Under the pieces are notes generated by a model. It saw nothing but the letters and a program-made list of their open reading frames with translations. It had not been told where the DNA came from and made no database searches. The position numbers and the translations under genes were made by a program. 64,000 nucleotides of DNA, from IMG/VR virus record IMGVR_UViG_3300032163_000009, positions 13,736-77,735 of that record. The stretch is one strand, 5' to 3'. This document shows positions 48,280 through 57,858 of the stretch, piece after piece; within the stretch, counting starts at the first letter, position 1, and every line of letters starts with the position of its first letter. The DNA comes from a virus.

Positions 48280-49522
48280 AGGACCCGTAAGAATGGCGCT
48301 GCGCGGAGAACGGCAAGTCGGTGATCCGTTTCCAACGTTCGCTAATATCCGCAAAGGCGCGCCTAAGATCGATCGTGTAGATGGGGCCAGCGGCCGCGGG
48401 TATCAAGTGGTCGGGCCGAACTTGAAGCACTTTCGATTCACCGCGTTCAATGAAACGAACGAGCGACTGGTCGCGTTCATCAAGTCGTTGGGCGATGAAC
48501 CCAATCACATCCCGTTCTACTTTCCAGCGCGGGCGATCGACAACAACTTCATGTTCCGCAATGAAGGCTATCGCGGCAGCGTGATGATTCACCGCTGCAT
48601 GCCGGACGAATCGCGCTTGGTGCTAACGGACTTGAATCCCAAGACGTTTGCGCAGCGCGTCAAGCAAGGCAAAAGTGTCGAGACTGGGCAGCCGGTGCAG
48701 TGCGAATGTCCTGAGCAGCCGTTGTATCTGGATGGCAAACAGAAGCCGGTCAATTGCAGTCCGGTGGTGCGAATGCGAATCATGATTCCAGGCCAAGGCG
48801 AGATCGGCGAGCCCGGCTGCTTTCAGGTGTTGAGCACGTCGGCGTATGACGGTATCTACCTCACGCGCCAACTTGAAGGCTTCTACGAACTGTTGACGAT
48901 GAACGCGCAGATGGAAGCCAACGGGCTGCGCGGCGTGCCGTTCTACTTGAATCGCTCGATGCGCCCGATCAAATATCGGGACGACAGCGGCAAGCTGATC
49001 AGCCGCGAAGAGTCTTTGCTGTGGCTGGAAATCGATCCCAAGTTCGGCGCGACGCTGCTCGATCGCATGGTGCAAGAAACACTGGCCGCTGTGAAAGATC
49101 AGCCGGTGTTGATGCCTGCTTCAATCGCCGACGAACTGCCCGAAGGGGGCGGACACACCGACAACGAAGAACTGTTGAGCATCGTTAGCGGCAGCACAGA
49201 CAGCGCCGACAGTGCGCCTGATCTGGATTTGACGACGCCGCCCGCTGAGCCGCAACAAACCAAGCCGCCGACCACGCAAGCGGTCGCAGTGCGCAGTCCG
49301 CAGCCCCCGCCCGTCGAAACGGCCTATGCCGCTGATGACTTACCGGGCAACGGTCAAGGCTTTCTCGACTGGCTCAAGGAAAAGAAGTTCAAAGGGGAGT
49401 GGGTGGTCAAGGTGTTAGGCATGGATGCCAAGAAGTATCAGCGCGAGCTGCAAGTCGATTGGCGCACGATCGCGCAAATCTTAGTCGACGCGAAAGCGAA
49501 GGAAGCGACCACGCCGAAGTAA
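48272..49522 (+). CDS. Gp3-like recombination directionality factor-like protein
   Basis: IRKGAPK..HFRF..C..C-x-C..CSPVVRM..LRGVPFYLNR. Confidence 0.6.
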   Translation: MSKGPVRMALRGERQVGDPFPTFANIRKGAPKIDRVDGASGRGYQVVGPNLKHFRFTAFNETNERLVAFIKSLGDEPNHIPFYFPARAIDNNFMFRNEGYRGSVMIHRCMPDESRLVLTDLNPKTFAQRVKQGKSVETGQPVQCECPEQPLYLDGKQKPVNCSPVVRMRIMIPGQGEIGEPGCFQVLSTSAYDGIYLTRQLEGFYELLTMNAQMEANGLRGVPFYLNRSMRPIKYRDDSGKLISREESLLWLEIDPKFGATLLDRMVQETLAAVKDQPVLMPASIADELPEGGGHTDNEELLSIVSGSTDSADSAPDLDLTTPPAEPQQTKPPTTQAVAVRSPQPPPVETAYAADDLPGNGQGFLDWLKEKKFKGEWVVKVLGMDAKKYQRELQVDWRTIAQILVDAKAKEATTPK

Positions 49523-49616
49523 GCCGCAGGATGAGGTTGCCGGAACACATTTCAACGCAGCCGATCGACGGCAACTCGATCGGCTGCATCAAATTTAATC
49601 GGAGAACAATAAACGC

Positions 49617-49976
49617 ATGGAAAAGAAAATGGAAAAGAAAAAGGTAGTAGTGAAGCAGGTAGTGAAGCAAGCGCCGAACTTCTTGACTGTCGATCAGATT
49701 CAAACGACCGGCGATCAAGTTTACTCGCGCTGGTGCAAAGGCGTGATCGACGGCACGCCGTTTGATTTGCTGGCCGCGCAGTTGGCTGTGGAGTTTGTGC
49801 CGCAAGTCAAGAAGGGTCAAAAGGCGACGGCGATCGAACAACTGCGCGACGCCTTCAAAGAGATGTGGCAGGCGCGCAATCGCAGCGACCGTGCCGTGTA
49901 CGATCTCGTGTTGGAAGAATGCGTGTTGGTGCAGTTGAATCCGGCACTGGCAATGGAACTGGCAGGTGTGGCATGA
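49617..49976 (+). CDS. Hypothetical protein
   Basis: ATCGGAG RBS. Confidence 0.7.
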   Translation: MEKKMEKKKVVVKQVVKQAPNFLTVDQIQTTGDQVYSRWCKGVIDGTPFDLLAAQLAVEFVPQVKKGQKATAIEQLRDAFKEMWQARNRSDRAVYDLVLEECVLVQLNPALAMELAGVA

Positions 49977-51964
49977 CGGCCAGCAAACAAGGCACACTGA
50001 CTGACATTCGGCGCGAGTTGATCGATCGCAACCCCGACAACATGCGCAAGATTTTCGATGAAGCGAAGTTGCAGGAACTAGCGCAGTCGATCAAAGAGCA
50101 CGGCTTGAATACGCCAATCGTGGTCGCCGAGCGCGGCGATCGGTACATGCTGATCGCCGGTGAACGGCGCTTCCGCGCGGCCACACTCATTGACCTCGAC
50201 GTGCTGCCTGCTTTCGTGAAGGTGGGGCTGGACGATAAGCAAATCGCTATCGCATCAGCGGTAGAGAATTTGCAGCGCGAGAATTTAACGAGGGGCGAGG
50301 AAGCCCAAGGCTTCGAGCAGTTGGCGCTCAAGTTTGAATTAAGCGACGAAGACATCGCAACGTGGCTGAGCAAGCCAGTCGATCACATTCAAACGGCGCG
50401 CTCGCTGCTGGTGCTGCCCGCCGATGTGCAATTGCTCGTCGGCGAACAGGCGGGTCAATTGCCGCTGCGCTTGGCGAAGATGCTAGTGAAGATCGCCGCC
50501 CGTATGCCGGTCAAGACTCTGCGCAAGGCAGTTGAAGATATGTTGGCTGCGCCGGATGCCGAAACGTGGCAAAACAGCGCGAATCAAATCTTGTTGAACG
50601 TGCTGGCTAAACACGCCGACGAGTTGCAGGGCACGCATCAAGGTGGTTGGGATTTGAGTTGGCCGAAGAAGCCGATCACGATCGAAGATAAGCAAGGCGA
50701 GCTGGTCATTCCCGCGTGCAAAGGTTGTGAGCAATTGATCGAGGTTGGTCGAACTGGCAACTTCTGCGCTCTCGCCCGCTGCTTCAAGGCTAAGCGCGAA
50801 CAGTTTGCGGCGGCCGAGATACAACGCATCAGTGAGAGAACGAAAGTGCCGGTCGCGGTCGAGAAAGAAAAGGTGACGATCCTCAAAGTCGGCTATGGCG
50901 AAACGGATGCCATCCGGCGCATGATCGACAGCAAAGCCGAGTTCCTGCGCATCGTGCCGAGTGACGGCAAGCAATCGCGCGATTACTACGCCGAGAACTT
51001 GATCGGGTCGCGTTATGCCGATCTCGCTGTCACAGACAAGGCGGCGTATGAGGCTGCGCTGAAAGTCAAGCCCAAGAAAGAAACCGGCACGTCAAAGGCC
51101 AAGACCGAATCACCCGCCGCCTTAGCCAAGCAACAAAAGATCAATCGCAACATCAAGTCGATCGCCAATAAAGCGATGAAAGACATCGACTGGCTGGCGC
51201 TGCATACCGCGGAGACAGTTGCGCCGCAGATTCAAATGAAGGGCAAGACGCTGGAACTGTTCAGCGTGTATGTGGCCCATCACGAGCAGGACTTCATGCG
51301 CGGCTGGCCGGAACTGGCGGCGATCATCGACTTGAAGAACGCGGCCATCGGCAGCGCAACGAAAGTCGAGCAACGCGAAACGCTCCGCCGTGAATTGATC
51401 TTGCTGCATCTGATCGGTTCACTGATGGGCGGGTATGGCGATCGTTGGCACAAGGATTGGGCCAACGCACAGAAGAAGATCGAGGACATGATTGCAGGCG
51501 ACATCACGCATCCGGTTCACGATCGCAGCAGCTGGACCGAAGGTATGGGCTTGAAGTTGATGCCTAAGTGGAACGTGGCACCGATCCACCGCACCGCGTT
51601 CAATTGCTGGAAGTGCGGCAAGTTCGTCAGTGGCGACCACATTACCAAGCGCGACAGCAGCGAGGACGGCTGGAGCATCGAGTATGCCAAAGACGGCAAA
51701 ACGGTGCTCAATGTCACATGCGGCGATCATCAACCGCTGCTGATGAAGCAAGCCAAAGCCGAGGCAACGACGGCCAAGAAAGGCGCGGCTAAGAAAACGG
51801 CTGTCAAGAAAACGGCTAAGCCGATCGGCAAGGTGAAAGCCGGTGCCAAGAAGAACAAGGCGCTGGATGTTGAAGCCGAAAACGAAGACTTCGAAACGAA
51901 GCGGCGCACGGTCGAAGTGCAAGATGACGAGGCCGACGAGATAGCGAGTAAAGACAATGCCTAG
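49973..51964 (+). CDS. ParB/Spo0J-family protein with long C-terminal region
   Basis: ELAQSIKEHGL, LIAGERRFRA, ENLQRENL; start MTASK. Confidence 0.9.
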   Translation: MTASKQGTLTDIRRELIDRNPDNMRKIFDEAKLQELAQSIKEHGLNTPIVVAERGDRYMLIAGERRFRAATLIDLDVLPAFVKVGLDDKQIAIASAVENLQRENLTRGEEAQGFEQLALKFELSDEDIATWLSKPVDHIQTARSLLVLPADVQLLVGEQAGQLPLRLAKMLVKIAARMPVKTLRKAVEDMLAAPDAETWQNSANQILLNVLAKHADELQGTHQGGWDLSWPKKPITIEDKQGELVIPACKGCEQLIEVGRTGNFCALARCFKAKREQFAAAEIQRISERTKVPVAVEKEKVTILKVGYGETDAIRRMIDSKAEFLRIVPSDGKQSRDYYAENLIGSRYADLAVTDKAAYEAALKVKPKKETGTSKAKTESPAALAKQQKINRNIKSIANKAMKDIDWLALHTAETVAPQIQMKGKTLELFSVYVAHHEQDFMRGWPELAAIIDLKNAAIGSATKVEQRETLRRELILLHLIGSLMGGYGDRWHKDWANAQKKIEDMIAGDITHPVHDRSSWTEGMGLKLMPKWNVAPIHRTAFNCWKCGKFVSGDHITKRDSSEDGWSIEYAKDGKTVLNVTCGDHQPLLMKQAKAEATTAKKGAAKKTAVKKTAKPIGKVKAGAKKNKALDVEAENEDFETKRRTVEVQDDEADEIASKDNA

Positions 51965-52229
51965 TCTGATAACTGGCAGCGAAATGTTGGCCGCGATCGT
52001 GCCCTGCGACCCCGACAATCTGTTTTTCGAGCCAGCCGATCAGACGTGGCACGCTCGGTGGATCGATACGCCCACGCTGCTGGAAATGGAAACCTTGTCC
52101 CGCACAGCGGGCGTGGAGATTGTGCAAACAACCGACCACCCTTTCATGCCGGAAGGCATCCTTGTGCGCTTCACATATGATCCAGACGCAGCCCGGCTTG
52201 ATCCGGCTGAGCTGATGCAAATGGATTAA
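51957..52229 (+). CDS. Hypothetical protein
   Basis: Overlap with parB-like stop. Confidence 0.6.
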   Translation: MPSLITGSEMLAAIVPCDPDNLFFEPADQTWHARWIDTPTLLEMETLSRTAGVEIVQTTDHPFMPEGILVRFTYDPDAARLDPAELMQMD

Positions 52230-52314
52230 CGCGGAGACTCCCGCGTCACTTAAATAGTTAGCCGCCGAGTCTGGCGGCCAACACACACTCTATCTGCATA
52301 GGAGCAGACCACCA

Positions 52315-52908
52315 ATGACCGACAAGAAAGCAACACCGCAACCGACGAAGAAAGCCAAGGCAACGAAGGTCAAGATCACGCCGATCAAACACACCGGCCT
52401 GGTGAGAGGCAAAACGGTGCTCGACGCGAAACAAAAAGCCGTAGCCAACAAAGCGAAGACGAAGCGCCAGGCGCAGCAAGTCAAACAGCACGCGGCGAAC
52501 GCGCTGCCGAAGATCAAATCGAACGGTCGGACCTTGCCCGTGATGAAGTCGCTAGTCAAACCCGCGGCGGCGGAGATCTCGAAGCAGATTGCGGAATTGA
52601 AAGCGATGAAGCCGGACATCCCGCCAGCGACGGCCTTTGGCAATGACAATCACGCCGCGATCGACGCACAGATTCAAGTGCTTGAAAATCCTGCGATGAC
52701 CGAGAGCGAGATTTACGATCGCTGGCCGGACGAGGACGAAGACGGCCGCGATCAAATCGACTTGCGCGACAACGCGCTGTCGGCCTATAAGTGGCTGAAC
52801 GCGATTGACGACGGTGCGGGCAATGAATCACCGGCGCAGTCGTGGCGAGCGCTGGTCGGGCTGACGATCAAGCCGATCGAAATCGAAGACAGCGGCCTTT
52901 CGTTTTAA
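52315..52908 (+). CDS. Hypothetical protein, basic N-terminus and acidic C-terminus
   Basis: AGGAG RBS. Confidence 0.7.
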   Translation: MTDKKATPQPTKKAKATKVKITPIKHTGLVRGKTVLDAKQKAVANKAKTKRQAQQVKQHAANALPKIKSNGRTLPVMKSLVKPAAAEISKQIAELKAMKPDIPPATAFGNDNHAAIDAQIQVLENPAMTESEIYDRWPDEDEDGRDQIDLRDNALSAYKWLNAIDDGAGNESPAQSWRALVGLTIKPIEIEDSGLSF

Positions 52909-52915
52909 TTGAGCA

Positions 52916-52954
52916 AGTGACTGCGCTGCCGATCATTACGGCAGCGCAGTCACT
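52916..52954 (+). terminator. 16-bp perfect hairpin (weak U-tract)
   Basis: AGTGACTGCGCTGCCG/CGGCAGCGCAGTCACT. Confidence 0.5.
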
Positions 52955-52965
52955 CTTAGGAGATC

Positions 52966-53190
52966 ATGGCTAACAAGAAACGCTATCGAGATCATGCAGT
53001 GATGGCAAAGTTGTACGAAATGAAAGTGAAAGACTTTAGCGAGGCGGAGTTGAAACGCGCCTTTGCGGGAGTAGTCGGCTTTGAAGCGTGTATGAAACGA
53101 ACTCGCCGCATGATTGATCAAGGCTTAACTATTCGCGAACTGTTTAGAACAAAATGGTACGAAAAAAAAGAATACACTCGAATCGAATAA
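52966..53190 (+). CDS. Small hypothetical protein
   Basis: AGGAG RBS. Confidence 0.6.
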   Translation: MANKKRYRDHAVMAKLYEMKVKDFSEAELKRAFAGVVGFEACMKRTRRMIDQGLTIRELFRTKWYEKKEYTRIE

Positions 53191-53202
53191 TAGGAGACGC
53201 AC

Positions 53203-53538
53203 ATGCAAATGAAGATCAGAGTCAATCCAGATACGGTCTTTATCGGTCAAGGGGTGTGGGTGACGGTGTGGCTGACTGACATCCGGCCCGCCGATGTGTC
53301 GCCCAAAGGCGAAATATACCGCGTCGCGCTGCATGGCGAGCATTTGACCATCCGCGACGCGCTGCTCAACGAGCAGGCTTGGCAAGACAGCACCTTGATC
53401 GTCTACCACGATCAGGCGTTTGTCTTTAACGTGATTCCTGATCGCGCCGGGCAACATGTGATCACGGCTGATCTGTTTTGGGCGCAGCATTTCTTAGCCA
53501 GCGTTCAAACAGCAATTGAAGTTCATTCGGAGGAATGA
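53203..53538 (+). CDS. Hypothetical protein
   Basis: AGGAG RBS. Confidence 0.7.
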   Translation: MQMKIRVNPDTVFIGQGVWVTVWLTDIRPADVSPKGEIYRVALHGEHLTIRDALLNEQAWQDSTLIVYHDQAFVFNVIPDRAGQHVITADLFWAQHFLASVQTAIEVHSEE

Positions 53539-53542
53539 AGAT

Positions 53543-54175
53543 ATGCTAACCAAGAAAATGAAATTTGACGAAGATGTATTAGATGTGCTCCGCGCGATGA
53601 CGTGGAGCGACGACGGCTTGTTAGGCAAAATCGTTTCGCAGCTCGATCGCGGACTGTATATGAAGGTGAACAAGGCACTCGACGCGATGGGCGGAAAGTG
53701 GAACAAGAAAGCGGGCGGGCATGTGTTCGCTAGCGATCCGCGCACCAACGTCGAAGGGTTGATCGCCTCTGGCGTATTGGTTGTCGAGCGCGATGGCTTC
53801 TTTGAAACACCGCGAGCAGTAGTTGAACGAATGCTTGAACTCGCGCCGTTGAGCCGCGCGACTCAACTGATCATGGAGCCGAGTGTTGGGCGCGGAGCAA
53901 TCTTAAAAGTGCTGCTGGAGCAACCGCACAGTGAAGTGCATTTGTTTCAGGTGCTGGAAAAGAACGAGGTCCGACGCGCCTACATCGCGCAGACCTTCCC
54001 TGATGTTGAAATCGTTGGCACCGACTTCTTGAAGTATCAATTGCCGCGCTATCAAGACGACAACGAAGTGATGTGCTACGCCGATCGCATTTACATGAAC
54101 CCACCGTTTGAAGAATTGCAAGACATCCGGCACGTCGGTCAATACGCGGCTTGTGAAGATCGAAAGGAAAATAGC
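53543..54175 (+). pseudogene. N6-adenine DNA methyltransferase, C-terminally truncated and in frame with next gene
   Basis: FFETP, MEPSVGRGAI, DFL, MNPPF; similarity stops after QDIRHV. Confidence 0.65.
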
Positions 54176-54589
54176 ATGAATGACGCGACACTGCTAACCT
54201 TGATTGGCGAACGGCCAACTCAGGCGCCGGAAGGCTGGCTGATCTTCAATGCCCCTCGCCCGCTATATGGGCAGTTGGAATGGCAAGGCGATTTCAAACA
54301 CGGCCTTTTCTATGTCGCAGTCGATCCGGCTGATGAATTCTCCGCAGGCTTCATTTTTGAGAACCTGCGCAACGATGCCTATTTGCTGCGTTATGCGTCA
54401 CCCGTTGAAGTGATGGAGTGGGCCAAGAAGTTTGCCGCTGACCATCAAGTAGACCTAGCAGACTTCGAGCAGCGGGACATCGAGAACTCGTGGCGCAACT
54501 CGCATCCGGCGCTGGTGCGGTCATACGATCCGAGTCTGCGCAAAATAACAGCCGAGCAATTGCTGGCCTTGTTCGAGGCAGCGACGTGA
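54176..54589 (+). CDS. Hypothetical protein (MNDATLL...)
   Basis: Internal AAGGA RBS and ATG in frame with the methyltransferase. Confidence 0.65.
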   Translation: MNDATLLTLIGERPTQAPEGWLIFNAPRPLYGQLEWQGDFKHGLFYVAVDPADEFSAGFIFENLRNDAYLLRYASPVEVMEWAKKFAADHQVDLADFEQRDIENSWRNSHPALVRSYDPSLRKITAEQLLALFEAAT

Positions 54590-54906
54590 TCGCCGAAGAG
54601 TCTGCGCGAGTTAAGCCGCAGCGGCGGTCGATCGTCAAGCGCGAAGAAATCGTGAAGTTCATCGCTGACTATCAAGACTTTTGGAAATATCCGCCGACGT
54701 TCGAGGAGGTTACAGTCGGCTGCAATCTCTCTACGAAGTCACTAACGGACTATCACTTGCAAGCGCTGGCGGCTGAGGGGCGCGTCACTTGGCAGCATTA
54801 TATGACCCGCACATTGCAAGTCATCGAGCCAGTGCCAACGAGCAAAAGTGTTCAATTTTGCTCGTTGAAATTAAGGGTTGACAACGGAGGCGATCAGGCA
54901 CTATAA
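54586..54906 (+). CDS. LexA DNA-binding-domain-like regulator
   Basis: REEIVKFI..YPPTFEEV..LSTKSLTDYHLQALAAEG. Confidence 0.85.
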   Translation: MIAEESARVKPQRRSIVKREEIVKFIADYQDFWKYPPTFEEVTVGCNLSTKSLTDYHLQALAAEGRVTWQHYMTRTLQVIEPVPTSKSVQFCSLKLRVDNGGDQAL

Positions 54907-54907
54907 T
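54878..54907 (+). promoter_or_regulatory. Promoter TTGACA-N18-TATAAT for replication operon
   Basis: Both boxes perfect consensus. Confidence 0.8.
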
Positions 54908-54917
54908 CATTGCACAG

Positions 54918-55006
54918 TGAACACGCACTGCGAAACGCCCGTTTTGTTTTGGGGTGGTTGAATGCGTGTTCATTCAATCAGTCCAAACCAAATCGGGCGT
55001 TTCGCA
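54918..55006 (+). ncRNA. Leader RNA: long hairpin whose loop is complementary to the 5' leader
   Basis: 13-bp stem 54929-54941/54994-55006; TGAACACGCA 54918-54927 versus TGCGTGTTCA 54963-54972. Confidence 0.65.
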
Positions 55007-55032
55007 TTCTAATCCTAAGCACAGGTGAATCT

Positions 55033-55275
55033 ATGGAAGCAACAACAATTCAAAAGAAGATGCACGGGACACACCGCACGCGCAACTGGGCCAAGAAGCG
55101 CAAAGCCGAATATCTCGACGGCGATGAGTGGTTGGTCACGGGCGGCCTGAAAGAACATCGCGTCACGGCCGGTGTCTACAATCGCCCCGAAACATTCAAA
55201 TGCGATTGTGACGGCTGGCCGAACGCAAAGGGCGGCGCGTGCTGCCATGTGCTATGCGTCATGGAGGAAATGTAA
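55033..55275 (+). CDS. SWIM zinc-finger protein
   Basis: CDC...CCH. Confidence 0.75.
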   Translation: MEATTIQKKMHGTHRTRNWAKKRKAEYLDGDEWLVTGGLKEHRVTAGVYNRPETFKCDCDGWPNAKGGACCHVLCVMEEM

Positions 55276-56273
55276 TGACGAGCAGCAACCAGCAACAAAT
55301 TTTTGCCTTGATCAAAGCGATTAGCGGTCAAGCGAACATCCTCACCATTCCCGTTGTCTTTGTGAAGATGCTGAAAGGCAATCACCGCGCAGCCCTGCTC
55401 CTGAGTCAATCGATCTATTGGAGCGATCGGAGCCATCAGGCTGATGGCTGGTTTGACAAATCGTTCAGGGAGTGGCTGGAAGAAATTGGTTTGAATCAGC
55501 ACGCGATCGAAACCGCTGTCGCCCACTTAAAGAAGTTTGAAGTCCTCGAAACAAAGCTAGGGCGCGTCGGCCAACGTGACACCACGTTCTATCGTCCGCA
55601 ACTGGAAAAGATTGCTGAAATGGTGCAAGCCACCTTAGCGGAATCCGCTAAGGTCACCCTAGCGGATTCCGCTAAGGTACATAAGCGGAAAACTATAACG
55701 TCTACAATAGAACATAGATCACAAACAGAGATTAAACAACAAGCCGCTGCCGCGGCTGATGTGCCGGTCAAGCCAGTCGAGCCAGTCGAGCCAGTCGAGC
55801 CGCAGCGTGATCTCGTTTGGGAAGCACTGTTCCAACTTGTGTACGGGCAGCCGTATCAGCCGAAGGTCAGCAAGATCGGTAAAGGTGATTCCGGCAAGCT
55901 GGGTAAGCTCAAGCGCGAGGTGTTAGAAGTGGAATTGACCGCCGATCAGATTCCGTTAGTGTGGAAATGGTGGCAGCGCTTCGATTGGCGCGTGCAGGCA
56001 GTCAAGGCGCGTAATCTGCAAGCAGGCAAACAGCGCCGCGCCTTAGAACCGATCCCGCGACCGAAGATCACACAAGTCAGCGAAATTTTAAGCGCCGCCG
56101 CGCTGTGGATTAAAGCCGGTGCGCCCGAAGGAGGTATCAGTGAAGAAACACCTAACGCCGGAAGAAGCCCAGCGCCAGGCGCAAGCGGCACAGACGCTCG
56201 AATTACAACGGCTGTCCAAGTTATCCAGCGAAGAGCTGCGGAACGAGCAGCAAAGGAGTTGCCTGTTTTGTAA
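55275..56273 (+). CDS. Replication initiator (lambda O-like winged helix)
   Basis: AALLLSQSIYW..GWFDKS..EEIGL; internal repeats; followed by DnaC-like gene. Confidence 0.85.
   Translation: MTSSNQQQIFALIKAISGQANILTIPVVFVKMLKGNHRAALLLSQSIYWSDRSHQADGWFDKSFREWLEEIGLNQHAIETAVAHLKKFEVLETKLGRVGQRDTTFYRPQLEKIAEMVQATLAESAKVTLADSAKVHKRKTITSTIEHRSQTEIKQQAAAAADVPVKPVEPVEPVEPQRDLVWEALFQLVYGQPYQPKVSKIGKGDSGKLGKLKREVLEVELTADQIPLVWKWWQRFDWRVQAVKARNLQAGKQRRALEPIPRPKITQVSEILSAAALWIKAGAPEGGISEETPNAGRSPAPGASGTDARITTAVQVIQRRAAERAAKELPVL
55631..55742. repeat. Putative replication origin: two 24-bp palindromic iterons plus A-rich tract
   Basis: CACCTTAGCGGAATCCGCTAAGGT / CACCCTAGCGGATTCCGCTAAGGT, then A-rich 55679-55742. 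Confidence 0.7.
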
Positions 56274-57051
56274 CGAACTCTTGACGCCGGTGCCGTTCGA
56301 TTATCTTTGGCGTGGAGCGCCACGTCGCACGTGGCTATGGCCGCCGTGTCAATGCGTAGGCGCACAGCAGGATCAAGCGCAACAGGAGCAGCGCTTAAAG
56401 CAAACCGCCGAAGCCGAAAAGAGAACGGAATATGATTTGCAACTGCAACGGGCCGGACTCACCGGCTTGCTGCGGGACTGGACCTTCGACACTTATCAAG
56501 ATCGGCCTAAGTTTCCAGACGCGGCTAATGTTCGTTCTCGCGTGCGACTATTCGCGCAGTCGATCGAAAGCGTCAGCCCACAGCAACACCTCAAACCGTG
56601 GCTCATTCTGTATGGCGATTATGGCTTAGGTAAATCGCACTTAGCCGCAGCCGTCATTCGGCAATTGGTCGATCGCAATTACACCGGCTGCTATTTTCGG
56701 GCCTGGACGAGTTATCTCAAGCGCCTTCAAGCCTCGTGGGATCGCAAAGCGCGCGAAGAGAAAGGCGAATCCGAAACTCAAATCCTGGCAGAACTAACGC
56801 GCGGGCGCGTGGTCGTCATTGACGATCTGGATAAAGTGAACGCGACGGAGTGGACCCGCAGTAGTCTGTACCTTGTGCTGAATAAACGCTACACCGACAA
56901 TGCCCCCACGATTCTCACTTTCAACCACGCTTTAGGCGATCGAGCGTTGCTGGATTACGTGGGTGAGGCCGTAATGGATCGCATCATGCAGCACGCCTTC
57001 GACCTGATCGAATTTCGAGGCGAATCTTTTAGAATTCAATCGGAGGATTGA
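56140..57051 (+). CDS. DnaC/IstB-like helicase loader ATPase
   Basis: CLFC..CQC, GDYGLGKSHL, VVIDDL, AVMDRI. Confidence 0.9.
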   Translation: MKKHLTPEEAQRQAQAAQTLELQRLSKLSSEELRNEQQRSCLFCNELLTPVPFDYLWRGAPRRTWLWPPCQCVGAQQDQAQQEQRLKQTAEAEKRTEYDLQLQRAGLTGLLRDWTFDTYQDRPKFPDAANVRSRVRLFAQSIESVSPQQHLKPWLILYGDYGLGKSHLAAAVIRQLVDRNYTGCYFRAWTSYLKRLQASWDRKAREEKGESETQILAELTRGRVVVIDDLDKVNATEWTRSSLYLVLNKRYTDNAPTILTFNHALGDRALLDYVGEAVMDRIMQHAFDLIEFRGESFRIQSED

Positions 57052-57055
57052 AAAC

Positions 57056-57694
57056 ATGGAAACCAGTATAGCCCCAGTTGAACTTGCCTGTGCGACCGAC
57101 AAAGAACGCGCTGGCTTGAAATATGTGCAAATTGATCCGCAACGGCAGCGGTTAGTCGCCGCTGATGGCTTTATCATGGCGATTGCACCGATGCAATTAG
57201 AAGACAGCGAGTCGCTGCCCGCGCCACGTTTAATTCACGGCGACGTGTTGCGATCGCTGCGCCGGACGTCGCGCAAAGCACCGATCGTCAAAGGTCTGCG
57301 CAAAATTGGCGTCTTGCAGGATCAAGCCGCGCTCGATCTGTCCGGTGAAGCCGTGCCGGGTGGCAATCCGTTTGCCGGTGAAGACGTGCGCTTTCCGGCA
57401 ATCGACTACATCACGAAATCCGCACGTGGCGCACGCTTCGCCTTTGCCCTTGACGTGAATCGGTTGCAGCAATTGGCTCAAGCCATTAGCACGCCCACCA
57501 AGACCAAGCGCGGCGAGCATGAGAAGTTGATCGTGCAATTGTATTCTACGGATTTCAAATCGATCATCGTGGTCAAGCCCAACGATGACAACGGGGCAGT
57601 GGGCATCATCATGCCCGCGCACGCCAAAGGAATTGTCGGCGGTGAAGCCGTGCGAGGCTTAGAGTTAATTCTGCCGTTGGAGGTGAAAGTCTAA
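57056..57694 (+). CDS. Beta-clamp-like protein (partial fold)
   Basis: LVAADGFIMA, RFPAIDYI, GIIMP. Confidence 0.6.
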   Translation: METSIAPVELACATDKERAGLKYVQIDPQRQRLVAADGFIMAIAPMQLEDSESLPAPRLIHGDVLRSLRRTSRKAPIVKGLRKIGVLQDQAALDLSGEAVPGGNPFAGEDVRFPAIDYITKSARGARFAFALDVNRLQQLAQAISTPTKTKRGEHEKLIVQLYSTDFKSIIVVKPNDDNGAVGIIMPAHAKGIVGGEAVRGLELILPLEVKV

Positions 57695-57858
57695 TGGACT
57701 GGAGCAATTGGAAGCCAACTAAAGCGCGGATCGAATCTGAACACGGACGCCGCCAGCAATCGAGCAAACTGGCGACCGTGTTGATCGTCGTATTTTGCGT
57801 GGCGCTGTTCGGCCTGTTAGTTTTGATCGCCGTTGGCGTAGTGAGTCTGCCCCAATGA
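57694..57858 (+). CDS. 54-aa single-TM protein (MDWSNWKPT...)
   Basis: Read by hand; GGAGG RBS, TAATG and ATGA overlaps on both sides. Confidence 0.7.
   Translation: MDWSNWKPTKARIESEHGRRQQSSKLATVLIVVFCVALFGLLVLIAVGVVSLPQ

Noticed and set aside
49557-49587. 12-bp hairpin, and small hairpins at 52230-52282
   Set aside because: Simple intergenic stems without U-tract or further structure; insufficient for a call
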